A stretch of DNA of 62,125 nt, filler included, from Sphacelaria rigidula (lineage: Eukaryota): the NCBI GenBank assembly GCA_964200075.2. It is 11 parts of 11 records of this genome, joined end to end, with 100 filler letters (N's around TTAATTAATTAA, not from the genome) between each part and the next. Parts side by side here need not be neighbours in the genome. Positions count along the whole stretch, not along the records: positions 22,630 to 28,186 come from CAXNAA020026354.1; positions 28,287 to 33,843 come from CAXNAA020026355.1; positions 33,944 to 39,500 come from CAXNAA020026356.1; 8 more parts are not named here. One strand, given 5' to 3'. Made by a program: the position numbers and the translations under genes. The notes under the pieces were generated by a model, which was not told the origin of the DNA, made no database searches, and saw only the letters and a program-made list of their open reading frames with translations. Positions within the stretch are counted from its first letter, which is position 1, and every line of letters begins with the position of its first letter. This document shows, one piece after another, positions 25,143-36,396 of this stretch.

Positions 25143-26823
25143 TACTGCGCAACCTGTAGCGGAGGGCGCTTTGCAATATGATACACCAAAGCACGCCACA
25201 GCACACTGCACGCCACAGTACAGACAACGGTGCACTCAGCGGGGTACGCTGGAGTAGGCATAGTTCAGTACAAAACGGAATAGAAGTAGTAAAGATCGCC
25301 CTGTGCTGCGGATCGGCATCGGCACGAGTCGGAAGGATGATGGCTGCAGCACAATGCAGCATATAGGGTGGACTCACCCACAGGACAAAAGGATTACAGC
25401 GCCTAACAATTGGGCCATGTCCGTGTCTTCGTAGAAGCTTGATCTCTCGTCCCCGCTTTGCCTCACTTGGTCTCACGGAAAGATTTTTCAACAGAGATCA
25501 TAGTGTAAGTTCCTTTTCCATGATATTATATATGTAGGCTTTTGTGTCGGCGAATTATTTAATTTCTATGTTCCAGGTAAAGCAATCATGTTCCATAGAC
25601 AGTTGTGGATGCAAAAACATTAAGTTGGAGAATGACCGGATTAACATGCGACCTATGTTGGCGGCCATGGACTTGCTTCGTCGATGCAGCCCTCCCGCCA
25701 GTTTACAGCTCGTGCAAAGCTCGTCACCACCCTCACCGACAGTACTACAAAATGCCTGAACCCTCTGTAACAGCCAGCGGGGAGAACCCGGGCGAGGAAA
25801 AGGGAGCTAGGCCGGTACCAACCAGCTCTTTCTGGTAAGAAGTAAACATGACGGCGGAAATGTAAGCAATATGTACTCTCTGTGGGCCGCAGAGTGTTGT
25901 GTGCACTTTAGCCTCGGCCCGGTAATCTACGCGTTTCGTTCTGGGCTGCCTCGATAACAATATTTGCTTGTTGCTACCCGTAAAACGCACGCTAATCGTC
26001 AGATTTTGGAGGACGTTTCCAACGATTCAACTTCTGCTGGGGTTGAATATCCACTTTTACTTTTCGATGTTGAAACTGGCTCCGGTACTCGCACAGGTCC
26101 CTGAGCAGGGAAGATGCGACCGCAGTCGATCCAAAGGACTCATGTGCCAACCGAGAGGGTGCCCTACACCCCATGCGATACTTGATTGTCCTCTCGGTAG
26201 CTCTTACTCAACCGCGTGTGGCGTTTTCTCGGCTTCAACTCGTCAAGGAATGATCCCGCACAGCACAATTTGGTGCCAAAACTGCAGACTTCACGGCGGA
26301 AAGATCATGTATCGTTGACGTTGACCTATTCATAGTACGGAGCCTAACGCCCTCGATGTTGTCGTCTTGTAGTATATAATGAAGTAAGGCCATCTGTTGA
26401 TGCGTGCGCAGTCTACCATGGGCATCGATGCTGCTCGCCCTGAAATGATGGACACACCCTTGTATCGTGGAGCCTTCTGACGGAAATTGTCACATCTGCC
26501 GCTTCATGGTTGTTTACATTTCCGTTCTCATCTGTGTTTTTTGTTTCCCCCGTTGGCGAGGAGTCCCATGTCGGATAGTCACGGCACCAGGGCCCCCCAT
26601 TTCGCCGAAACCTTATTCTGGGGCAGAAGGATAGGGAGGAGGGAAGAAGGGGCACCCCAATCTGAGGGGGGAAGGGTACGCCCTTGATCGATGGATGATA
26701 GCAATAGTGGTGGTGCAGTACTTTGTAAATACTACTTTACACTCCGCTGTACCACCTCGGTGCTGTACTGTTGTACTGTGGGATTGCAATTGCTACCGTT
26801 CGAGCCGTCAATCTGCACCTTAA

Positions 26824-26923
26824 CCCTTGGACACCGAGAGTAGGTCATGTGTTGAATCGGCATCAATTTCACTTGAAAAAAGTATGCACATTATCCAGAA
26901 AGACTAACCTCGCGCTCTAAGGG
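26824..26923. mobile_element. piggyBac-type MITE, copy 2
   Basis: TTAA-CCCTT ... AAGGG-TTAA; interior GTTGAATCGGCATCAATTTCA shared with 843-940. Confidence 0.85.
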
Positions 26924-27340
26924 TTAACCAGCTACACTACGAGCTGGATGAGCCTAGAAACAGGTTAAAGCTCTCGAAGCAACATCTCATCGACACGGAC
27001 GAGTTGGGCCGTGATACGCATACATCGTATTAACTCTTTGACAGCGAGCGTCGCCTCAGAACACTTTTGGAGGCTAACAATCCTGAGACATCCGGGGGTT
27101 TCCAGTGCTCACGGGGATGGCTTTTAGTAGAAAGCCATCCCCCCGAGTAGAGCCTGGTATAGATACAGGCCTGGCCTAAATATGCACCCCTATACTAAAT
27201 GATATTTCGTATACCTCAGTCATGTTCCTTCGGAGGGTTAATGATATGAAATGATATTTTTGATGACTTTATATCATGAACTCTACATAGAGCTTTTTTA
27301 GCAAAATGTGACCAAGAGGGTATATGATATGTGGTACATG

Positions 27341-27527
27341 ATATATAGGCCTATATCAGGTGATATATAGGCCTATATCAGGTGATATATTGGCCTACAT
27401 CAGGTGATGTATAGGCCTATATCAGGTGATCCCTTGGCCTAAATCAGGTGATATCTTGGCCTATACCAGGTGATATGTAGGCCTATATCAGGTGATACTG
27501 AACAGTTTGTTGCCTATATCAGGTGAT
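27341..27527. repeat. 22-bp minisatellite (ATATATAGGCCTATATCAGGTG), 7 copies plus a partial
   Basis: Tandem units read directly; unit core is the palindrome ATATAGGCCTATAT. Confidence 0.9.
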
Positions 27528-28186
27528 CTACACTTGATATATGACTGCATTACGGGATGCATATAAGATATCGGCTTATATCGGTGAATCGAGCTTCCAG
27601 TGTTTTTTCCCTTGCACCTGAACTTTCGATGTTTTGATTTGCTGCACTTTTTCTTTCTTTGGTTTGATTTTTCGGTCGGGGTTCGTCCGGTTGCAGTCGA
27701 CCGAAGAAACATTGTATCATAATAGCCGTCGGCCGCCTGACCTGTGATATGCCCTGAAGGTCGGAGGTCGGAGGGATCACGTGTGGGGCGCCAGCAATGA
27801 TGAAAAAGGAGCATGAATATTCTTATGATACACACATGTCATCGTTATTGATCGCAATGCTACTGCTGTCTGCACGTCTGCACTTCACCACATATGTCAA
27901 TATAACCTCGGAGCAGGTGCGTTTGGTGGAGTCACCAATACAATTGCCACACTGGGCACAGTTCCCAACCAACGGCAGGTACTGATGTGACATGGCGACA
28001 GGTAAACAGATGCGAATGCGCACAGGGTAAACCGGGTTCGAAAATACAACATACATGAACAACGTAATAGTCGACGTTTGACTGTGTACACGAGGCGGTG
28101 CATCCGACTGCACAGATCTGGCCCACGTCTGTGACCCTTCCATAATGTATCGATACTCAGAACTAGCCGGTCGCCCCGGTGGCTCA

Positions 28187-28286
28187 NNNNNNNNNNNNNN
28201 NNNNNNNNNNNNNNNNNNNNNNNNNNNNNNTTAATTAATTAANNNNNNNNNNNNNNNNNNNNNNNNNNNNNNNNNNNNNNNNNNNN
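28187..28286. other. Artificial contig-joining spacer
   Basis: N44-TTAATTAATTAA-N44. Confidence 0.98.
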
Positions 28287-28933
28287 CAAGAGAGGTATGC
28301 CACTTCAACCCCATATTTTGTATGAACCCCAAAATATAAAATCGGCTGTTAACTTGTTTGTGCTTTCTGCGTATGCGACCGGTACCTGACGGAAAGTTAC
28401 ACTCTTCAAGTTTCATTTGATATGTCCATGTTACGTATGTGTTGCGGTGATATTGCTATGATAACGTCTACAGCCGGCTTGAAGGTTTTGGTAGCGCTAC
28501 GAAACAGGTGTTTGTTGGGGGATCACACGCGTGTGCAGTTTTTTTTTCCCCTGTGCATTTACTTCTATGAACTTTACGCCACCATAATAGTAATTATGAG
28601 AACAAAGGCGCCAGAGGTGTCTCTTGCACCACCCTAGACTTCATAGGCACCGTAGGTGGAGTAGGTACCCGGTATCGGTATTTGGGACACCTCATACCCT
28701 ACCACACGTCTGACGGATCACTTCGTCTAGAATTCGGGTCGTACAGCTCAAGTGTGAACAAACACGTGTACCCGATTCGGGTGATACAGTTCAACTAGTT
28801 ATGAAACGGTTCTTGTGATCCGGATCTCATCGATCAAGAGGGACGTATGTTGTATGGGTTATGAGAATACACAGGTTTTCCTTGACGTTTCGTGTACACC
28901 TGAGTCGGATTACATACGTGTGCCCGAGGAGGT

Positions 28934-29060
28934 CATGTACGGATCACACGGGTTATACAGATCATCATCAGACAGACATGTACGGATCACACGGGCCATA
29001 CAGATCATCATCAGGCAGACATGTACGAATCGCAGGGGCCATACAGCTCAGTCATCACGC
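28934..29060. repeat. ~43-bp tandem repeat x3
   Basis: ATGTACGGATCACACGGG(TT/CC)ATACAGATCATCATCAG(A/G)CAGAC; third copy degenerate. Confidence 0.8.
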
Positions 29061-31296
29061 TAGATGTGCAGAGCAACCGGGTTTGTAGGCCACCACACGA
29101 GAAATGTGTACAGATTAAACGGGTCGCGAAGGTCATTAAGGTGATGATCGAGCAGGCTTGTGGGAGATACACGTGCTTCAACGCTGGCAATGTACACGTC
29201 AATGATTCTTCTCCGGAATTTTTCGTCTGACGCCGGCCGAACGTCACAATGAAGCAATCGAGCATATGGCTGTATCTCGTTTTTTTTCTTTTCCGCCGCG
29301 CATGAGCGTACACCCTGAAAATACGAAAACAGTCGTCCATACAGCCGCTGGCACAGCTGAATATTGTTTATTGTACAATTCATTCGGATGCGTCGACAGT
29401 GCACATCTTTAAAACAAAATGCAGCCCTACCGTGGAACCACCCGGAATAGAACATACTTACGTACTTCGAGTTCCAAATGCCCGGGTTGCTACAGCCAAC
29501 ATACGGACTTGTGAACACGCACAACATACCAGGGCCATACGGGTTGGGAGGTGAGATTTCTGAATACTGTTTTCTTGTATAGTTCAATTGCTTTTGGCTC
29601 AAGAGTTATGGATTATTCGGGATGTAGAAAAGACGGAAAACTAACGCAAAGAAAACTGTGAGACAAAAAACACGTTCTCGTAGTTGGGAAACTATCGGGC
29701 TAACCCGAGAATACTGTACTTAATTTTGGCTCGCCCTTGCGGTTGGTCCCTCTTACCCCCCCCCCCCCCCCCCCCCCCCCCCCTTCGACTTCATCCATGT
29801 AATCCGCACCCTGGTGCCTCCCTCTCTCGAGCGATAGGGTGGTGGGTGGGTAAAATTGATCAAGTGCCAGGGACTACTGTACTACTGAGACTGCTGGCGT
29901 GTCGTTGTCTGGTCAACTGGTGTCGAGTGATAGTGTCCGCTTCTTTGGTGCTCTTGCACCAGACCAGTCTCGCCCGCTTGAACTAACTCTGCAGCGTTTG
30001 CGCCTTGACCACGCGATCCCTTAAACCTTATTTCAAGTTCGGCATACACCAGAGTACATCCCTTACAATTCGTCATTCGCCAACACAACCCTCGTATTTG
30101 TACTGAGTACACCCATTTGCTTTTGGCTCAAAAGTTATGGATTATTTGGGATGTAGAAAAGACGGAAAAGTAACACAAATACAACTTTGAGACGAAAAAC
30201 ACGTTCTCGCAGTTGGGAAACAGTCGGGCTAACCCGAGACTACTGTACTTAATATTGGCCCGCCCTTGCGGTTGGTCACTCTTACCCCATTGGGCAGCCC
30301 AATCCGTTCCCTCTTTCCTTCTCCTCTTTTTCTCCACTTTAATTTCATTTTTTCTTCTTTGTTTGTACTATACTCCCCAGCGAGTGCCTGCGATACAAAT
30401 TCACTCCTTTGCCCCCTGCTCTTACGTACGTCATGGAGGCCAGCGATGTCCATTTCCCCGTCTTCTGAATCTGCAGTTGCGACGCCCCTGCACCGCTAGA
30501 TGTGTTGCTCCCCCGATCCTACCGGAGTGCAGCGCGTACTCCGTCGGGTTCCTCCCTGTACTGGAAATTAGTTGCCTAAGCGCGCTCGTCGCGCGTGCCC
30601 GAGTGACTGCTACCCATCCGGTCTTACCTACGGCCTGCATCAGTGGAGCTTCTGCCCCCAACTCTGAGTGGTGGTCAAGCAGCTCGAGTAGGAGCTCTAG
30701 CGCCCCTGTGTTTTCAGATTTTTCGGCGCCCCCCGCGCGCTTCTCCCTACTCTTGTTCGAGATATAACCGCCCCTGGTCGTTTTTGGTCCGCCTTGGAGG
30801 CTCTAAAACGCACCTCGACCCTATCGGCTATGCCCCTGTCTGACTAGATCAGTTGGGACTTTTCTCTGAAAAAAGTAAAGTCTGCCCTCCGGAGGCAAAA
30901 CTCTGGATGTACCGAACCATCGTTGTATGCCCAGATTTCGGAGGCCCCGCATAGAAGAAAATACGATAGGGCTAGTCCTATCCATGTGACTCGGCTCTGT
31001 GTCGTACCCATCTCTAGCATTCTCCCTTCTACCAACAGCGATAGCGTCAGCGGTTTTCGCACGCGGGGCCTTACTTCCGATTTTCCGTGTGCTCGAACCA
31101 CTCCCTTGAGCACGGCTGCTATCATACAGGGTTTCATAGGTAACTCCCAACCGGTATGCTCTTGTGGTGAAAGCTTATCGCTGACAGATACCCCCCGCAC
31201 TGTCCCCCTCATGTTTTTGTGGGTAAAAAGCTGACACGCGATAAATTCAGTGATGTCGATGACCGCGCTAGCCTCGCCGTCGGTCCTTGACATATA

Positions 31297-32708
31297 CTTC
31301 CTCTGTCCCATAAGTAAAGTCCGTTACGGGGGAAAGATCGTATATCGCCAATGGAGTTGCCCACGACGCTATGGTTAGGTTTTTTGAAGGGCTGTTGATA
31401 TGGTGATGCTCGTTGAACAAGAAAACAAATCTGAATCGAAATTATTGGGAATTAGTGGGTCAAAAAGTGGGCATTTTGGCGGGAATTTGAGAATTTGAGA
31501 ATGTTTTTTGAGAATTATATTGAGAATTTCTGCTTTTCTGGGCAATTAAATGCCCATTTCCCCCACAACCACGATGGAGACCCCCCCCAAACGTGAGCGG
31601 GGCGTAGATGTGTCGTTGGGCCGCCGGTATGCAATGGGGGTGGAGATAGCGATGGCCATTCCCCCAGAAAATTCTAGGCTGCCCAAGGGCGTTCTAGGCC
31701 CCATGACGGAGCGTTACGGCGTTGGTGCTGACTACCCCAGAAAACATTGGAAGTGCAACACAAGAGCCACCTGCCCAAGATTATGGTGATCGTTGCAAAC
31801 GCTCGGCCTGACCCAAGCCACAACTTCGACGGAAATATCGGCATCTGGCGCATTTGTGTCCTGAAAACCGCCGAGCGGTCGTCCAAGAGGAGGAAGAGGG
31901 GGGAGGAGTACGAGTTCGACAGCACCATCGACGCGGAGTGGTACAAGACGTGGTACATCGACGAACTTCTGCCTGCGATCAAGCTCAAGATGCCGTGACT
32001 ACGTTCGAAGCGCGTAATCGTCCAGCAAGACGGCGCAAGCCCCCACACGGGAAAAAACAATCCCGAGATTCTTAACTCGGCGGGGATGGGGCGGGGTTGG
32101 ATGGTAGAGCTAGTCACGCAGCCTGCACAGTCGCCTGACTTGAACGTCAACGACTTGGGCTTCTTCGCATATCTTAAGTCGAGGGTATGGGGGATGAATG
32201 CAAGTTCGATAGACGAGTTGGTGGAGACTATCTTCAAGCAGTACGAGGAGTACGACGGCGACACGTTGGAGCGGGTTTGGCAGAGCCTCTTTAAGGTTTA
32301 CAAACCAAACACTACGTGAGATGGGCGACAACGACTTTAGTGTGGAACATTCCAGGGTGAGGGTGCAGCAGAGAGCAGGAACGTTAGAAAGGGTGGTAAA
32401 ATACGATAAGGATGCCTTCACGAAGGCCTGGGACTACCTAACGGCAAGCCCTAGCGACGACGAGGGCGGGTAAATTTGTTTTTGACACTTTTTTGCCCCT
32501 GCAAAAGGGCCAAAAATATGACCTTTTCTGGGCTGACTACTTTTTTTTCGGACGGTCGCGTGAGCCGGGGAGTGTGTAGACAAACAAAACAAAAACGGGG
32601 TTCAACCCACAAAACATCAAAAATTTCAAAAAAAATATCGCCTGCGACATCGGACACCGCTAAGGGTCCGTGTGATCATAACGGACTTTACTTATGGGAC
32701 AGAGGAAG
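31297..32708 (+). mobile_element. Internally deleted Tc1/mariner element of the plant-mariner (DD39D-like) group
   Basis: TA TSD; perfect 30-bp TIR CTTCCTCTGTCCCATAAGTAAAGTCCGTTA; transposase fragments inside. Confidence 0.95.
31550..32450 (+). pseudogene. Mariner-like transposase remnant
   Basis: KSHLPKIMVIVANARP...FDGNIGIW...LLPAIK, VIVQQDGASPH, QPAQSPDLNVNDLGFF; premature TGA at 31996-31998, frameshifts; first catalytic Asp (DEKW region) missing. Confidence 0.9.
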
Positions 32709-32892
32709 TATACGGGCTTCTCTCGGCGGGCCCTCCACTTGGACCACGTTTCGAACCTTTTCTCGTACATGCTTCTTGTGCTGGCGTTAATTGACGCGTG
32801 GGCTAGTAGTACTACTAGCTTTGCAACGCCCTTCTCGTCTCTGGCGGGGCCTCCCTTTTGTCCTGCAATGGTGTCACGAGTTCAGCGCGGGT

Positions 32893-33520
32893 TCAGTCTG
32901 CTTGTCGGGACATAATGTTCCAGATCTGTTCATCTAGGCTGTGGTCCAGGGGTCTTTCTTGCCGAATCAATTCGAGTATCTCTCTGCCTCGATTTCCTAG
33001 TTCTAGCCGTTTCCAATTGAGATTGCCTGTCAACCGTGGTACCCTCTCGGCCACCTCCGACTCCGGCCATCTCGAGATGCCGTCTGCTAGCTCGTTTTCG
33101 ACGCCAGGTATGTGTTTCGCTATAGTACACCACCCGGTTGCGACTTCCATGCGACCCATCATTCGCACCAGGAGGGCGGTGCGTCTGTCTTTTGATCCCC
33201 CGCATTTATTCACCCAGTGTATAGCCGACGAGTTGTCGCCGCGCATCAGGATTGGGTCCCCTCTCTCTGTTGGCCTTTCGCCCTTAAACATCTGGATAGC
33301 GCAGGTGGTCATGAACACTCCACACAGTTCTAGTACATTGATAGTGATCGCACGGGTTTCTCTATTTTTGCTCTTCTCTTCAGTTCGCATGTGAGCTCAT
33401 GTAGTGAAGAGTACCGCCAGAATAACCGAGCTCTGGGCAGTACCCTCCTACCGCTGCCAGGCTCGCGTCAGAGATGTATCTACGAGATGCGGTGCATGTA
33501 GTGTGGGCAAAGAACGGCCG
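32893..33520 (-). pseudogene. DIRS/Ngaro RNase H domain (C-terminus of the RT-RH ORF)
   Basis: YISDASLAAVGG, INVLELCGV, GDNSSAIHWVNK, HIPGVENELADGISRW. Confidence 0.9.
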
Positions 33521-33843
33521 CGTTGCACCAGGTTCTCCGCAATATAGTAGTGGCCCCGATTTTATGTCATTTATTTAGTGCCAAATCAATTTTATGCCGT
33601 TGTTTTTCAGGGTACACGAAAATTATGGATTTTATGCCGCTTTTCCTTTGTACGCCCGAAACCGGCATAAAATACGACTTGATGCCGGATCGGCATAAAA
33701 ACGGGCGCCCAACTTTGTCCCGAATAGACCTTTCCTGCTCCTCCGGCCTCGGCCCGAGCACTGACGCCGGTTCGGGCTGGCTGACGGCAGTGGCCCAAGG
33801 AAAGAGGCAGCAACTTGGCTAGTACGGAGTATCTGTGATATCT

Positions 33844-33943
33844 NNNNNNNNNNNNNNNNNNNNNNNNNNNNNNNNNNNNNNNNNNNNTTAATTAATTAAN
33901 NNNNNNNNNNNNNNNNNNNNNNNNNNNNNNNNNNNNNNNNNNN
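33844..33943. other. Artificial contig-joining spacer
   Basis: N44-TTAATTAATTAA-N44. Confidence 0.98.
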
Positions 33944-34002
33944 CTCCTTTTTTCGGGTGGTCTGACGCCTGAGCGGGGGGGTGGGTGTGGCGATGGTGTG
34001 GG

Positions 34003-34012
34003 TCGGGGGGGT

Positions 34013-34051
<39 letters not shown>
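34003..34051. repeat. Poly-G tract near contig start
   Basis: >35 consecutive G. Confidence 0.9.
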
Positions 34052-34052
<1 letters not shown>

Positions 34053-35726
34053 GGTAGTCGTACACGTTCAAAAAGAGTCTGCAAAGATGCCTTCGTTGAC
34101 GTGATGGGCGTGTTTCAAGAAGGGCGCTCCGCTCATTTTCCCACACCATTTCATGAGGAATATTCTTCATCGAGGGGGGGGGTGGGGGCGAGGGGGCCGG
34201 TGTCGTAGCGACCAATCACAGGGCGTGAGCCTCGACTTGCTTTCCGAAACTTCATATACCATGCACATGTATGTATATCAGCTACAAATGCTACTGTAGC
34301 TGTAATCGTATGCATCCGCGCTAGTTTCCAGGATAAAGCTCGATACTTGCAAAACACGGACCGTGCGGAGGGGTCTGCTGCCCATTTTGTTGGATGCTCG
34401 GTCGTGCTTGCCTACTGTACACATGAAGCTCGGTCGGGAAGATCGCACAGGCGTGTTGCCATCTCATCTATTCTGGACGCCAATCTACACCTTCCAGTAT
34501 ATGGGGACGTACCAGCTGGGGTCACACAGGAGGAGAGTCAACACGGGAGTTCTTAATTCTTGATTTTTCGTTTTTTTGTTTTTGTTCGAGCACTCTACTT
34601 TCCTTCTGCTTGGGCTTTACTCCACCACTTTTTATCGCGGGAAGGATTCAGGACATGTCCTCTGATTTGTTTCACTTTCCTCAAGCGGATAGTGTTCGTT
34701 ACACTAAAACCAATGGCCACCGTACACGTGTGTTTTGGCAACGGCCAGGTTGTTGGGACAACGAATCGCACTGTTTACCTCCTTGGGCGCCAGGCCTATG
34801 AGGTGGACCCTAAGGTGGACTTTGGGAAATATCCTGGGAGCGAATGCTTTGTGTGAAAACCATGGATGTTGCGCGCAAAAAGAGAGGAAGTCGTAGGGTC
34901 AGGTATATCATCGTCAAAGGTCGGCGGATGTTAACTGTTCCGAAAGGAGGCCTAGCGCCCAAGGGGTAAACCTGTCGACCGCCCTGGTGAGTCAGTCACC
35001 TGTTGAGGCGACATGATTTTCACTTGAAAAATGAATATAAGACTCAGATGACCCACCCTGGCGAGCTAAGGCGATTTTGTGCCACCCTTCGAGAGCGAGC
35101 GTCGTCTCCGACTAGTTTCACCGACTGACAGTCCGGGGACATCGGGGGGTTGGGGGGGGACGGGGAGGGGAGGTTGACAGGGGGTGGGGTCCTGTTTGCA
35201 GGACAGCCGAAAAGCTCACGACGTTCACCATGTGTGCCAGGAAGTCGCCCACGGTAAATTGTAAGCCAGGCTCGAAAGGAGCGGAGTTACCATTTTGATC
35301 AATCACAGCTATCAAAGTGATCACTTTGTTTCTCTGCAGGTGGGATGTTTTTTTTTTACAAGTGAACTACTTGGCTGTTTGCTGTCTAGTCATATCCCAT
35401 TTTAGTGATGACAATTCAACCATAGATAGCATGGAAACAAGTAACGTGCTTTTTACTCTGCTGGCGGTCTATGCCGCCTGCCTGACCCCTCTTGTGTGTC
35501 AGGATGGCTCTACGCTGTCTGTAGAGTTGTGAAACACTAAGCACACACATCAGCAGCACGCGGTAGACTGTGTTCAGTGGAGAGCAATTGGACGCTGAGC
35601 GTTTCTTGCCGTCGTATGCAGCGAAGACAAACAGCACACAGCACACATACTGACTCTGGACGCAACTGACTGCAGGGTCAGAATCGGTCAGGGGTTCTGC
35701 GGGATTGTTTTCTGTCTACGAGTATA

Positions 35727-36396
35727 CAGTCTTACGCCAAAAAAAAAAGCAAGTCAACGGCCAAGATTCCCGCATACAAAAATCATACGCACCTCACGTA
35801 TCTTTCGACGGTTTAACAGGGTTTAGTACTGTATTTTCAGTACAAATCGAGGGTTATTGTGCTTGTGGATTTCTCCGCCGTGTCTGATGTAACCAGCCTG
35901 AAACTTGGCACAGAGGTAGACCACAACACAGACAGCATATTCCCGGAGCGGCGGCACGTTTTACGTGGTGCGCTAGTAGCACGAAGCAAAATACGGATTT
36001 TGGGAATGCTACCGACACGCCCTAAAACGCAGTCCCCTCGGCCCAGACTGCGTGATACGTAAGTGGATGCATATGTTGACACGCAGATACGCTCACTTCC
36101 TGCTGGGTGGCTCCTGCCCCGGCAAACGAACACATCGATCCGTATTGCGCACACTCTGGATGATGTCATTCTACGCGGTACCTATCTTGGTATCGCCTGT
36201 AAAGGTGCTCACTTCAGGAGACACGGCCGTGCAAGCGCTGTTCGTGCTTTCACGTGCCGAAACTTCGGTCACATGTCATGTAGACTACAGATAACAACCT
36301 CATGTCGCTGAATCTGGGGTTGCGCGGTGTGTGCGTGCGTATTGCGGCGAAAAGATGTCGGATTCTGTTCCGATTTTTTTTTTTGGCGTAAGACTG
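35727..36396. mobile_element. Non-autonomous Tc1/pogo-type element (670 bp)
   Basis: TA | CAGTCTTACGCCAAAAAAAAA ... TTTTTTTTTGGCGTAAGACTG | TA. Confidence 0.85.

Larger units (their letters stand above)
30400..32850 (-). pseudogene. Tyrosine recombinase of the Ngaro element, interrupted by a mariner-like insertion and frameshifted
   Basis: HASINASTRSMYEKRFETWSKWRARREKPVYM (joined across the insertion) ... LKGVVRAHG...RKPLT...SYFLLCGASE ... YALHSGRIGGAT ... GKWTSLASMTYVR (HSxR and catalytic Tyr present). Confidence 0.9.
29590..33843 (-). mobile_element. Ngaro-type (DIRS order) tyrosine-recombinase retrotransposon, 3' portion, truncated by contig end
   Basis: RNase H then tyrosine recombinase on the minus strand, followed by ~170-bp direct repeats at 30119-30288 and 29590-29760 separated by ~360 bp (B1-A2-B2 layout). 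Confidence 0.88.

Noticed and set aside
25752..26260. Possible two-exon gene start (MPEPSVTASGENPGEE...FW|SLSREDAT)
   Set aside because: Splice phase is compatible but the product is short and has no homology I can recognise.
27341..27527. CRISPR-like palindromic repeats
   Set aside because: Units are directly adjacent with no spacers; it is a minisatellite.
28162..28186. Helitron 3' end (CTAG plus GC-rich hairpin) on the minus strand
   Set aside because: Cut by the contig end after ~25 bp; insufficient evidence.
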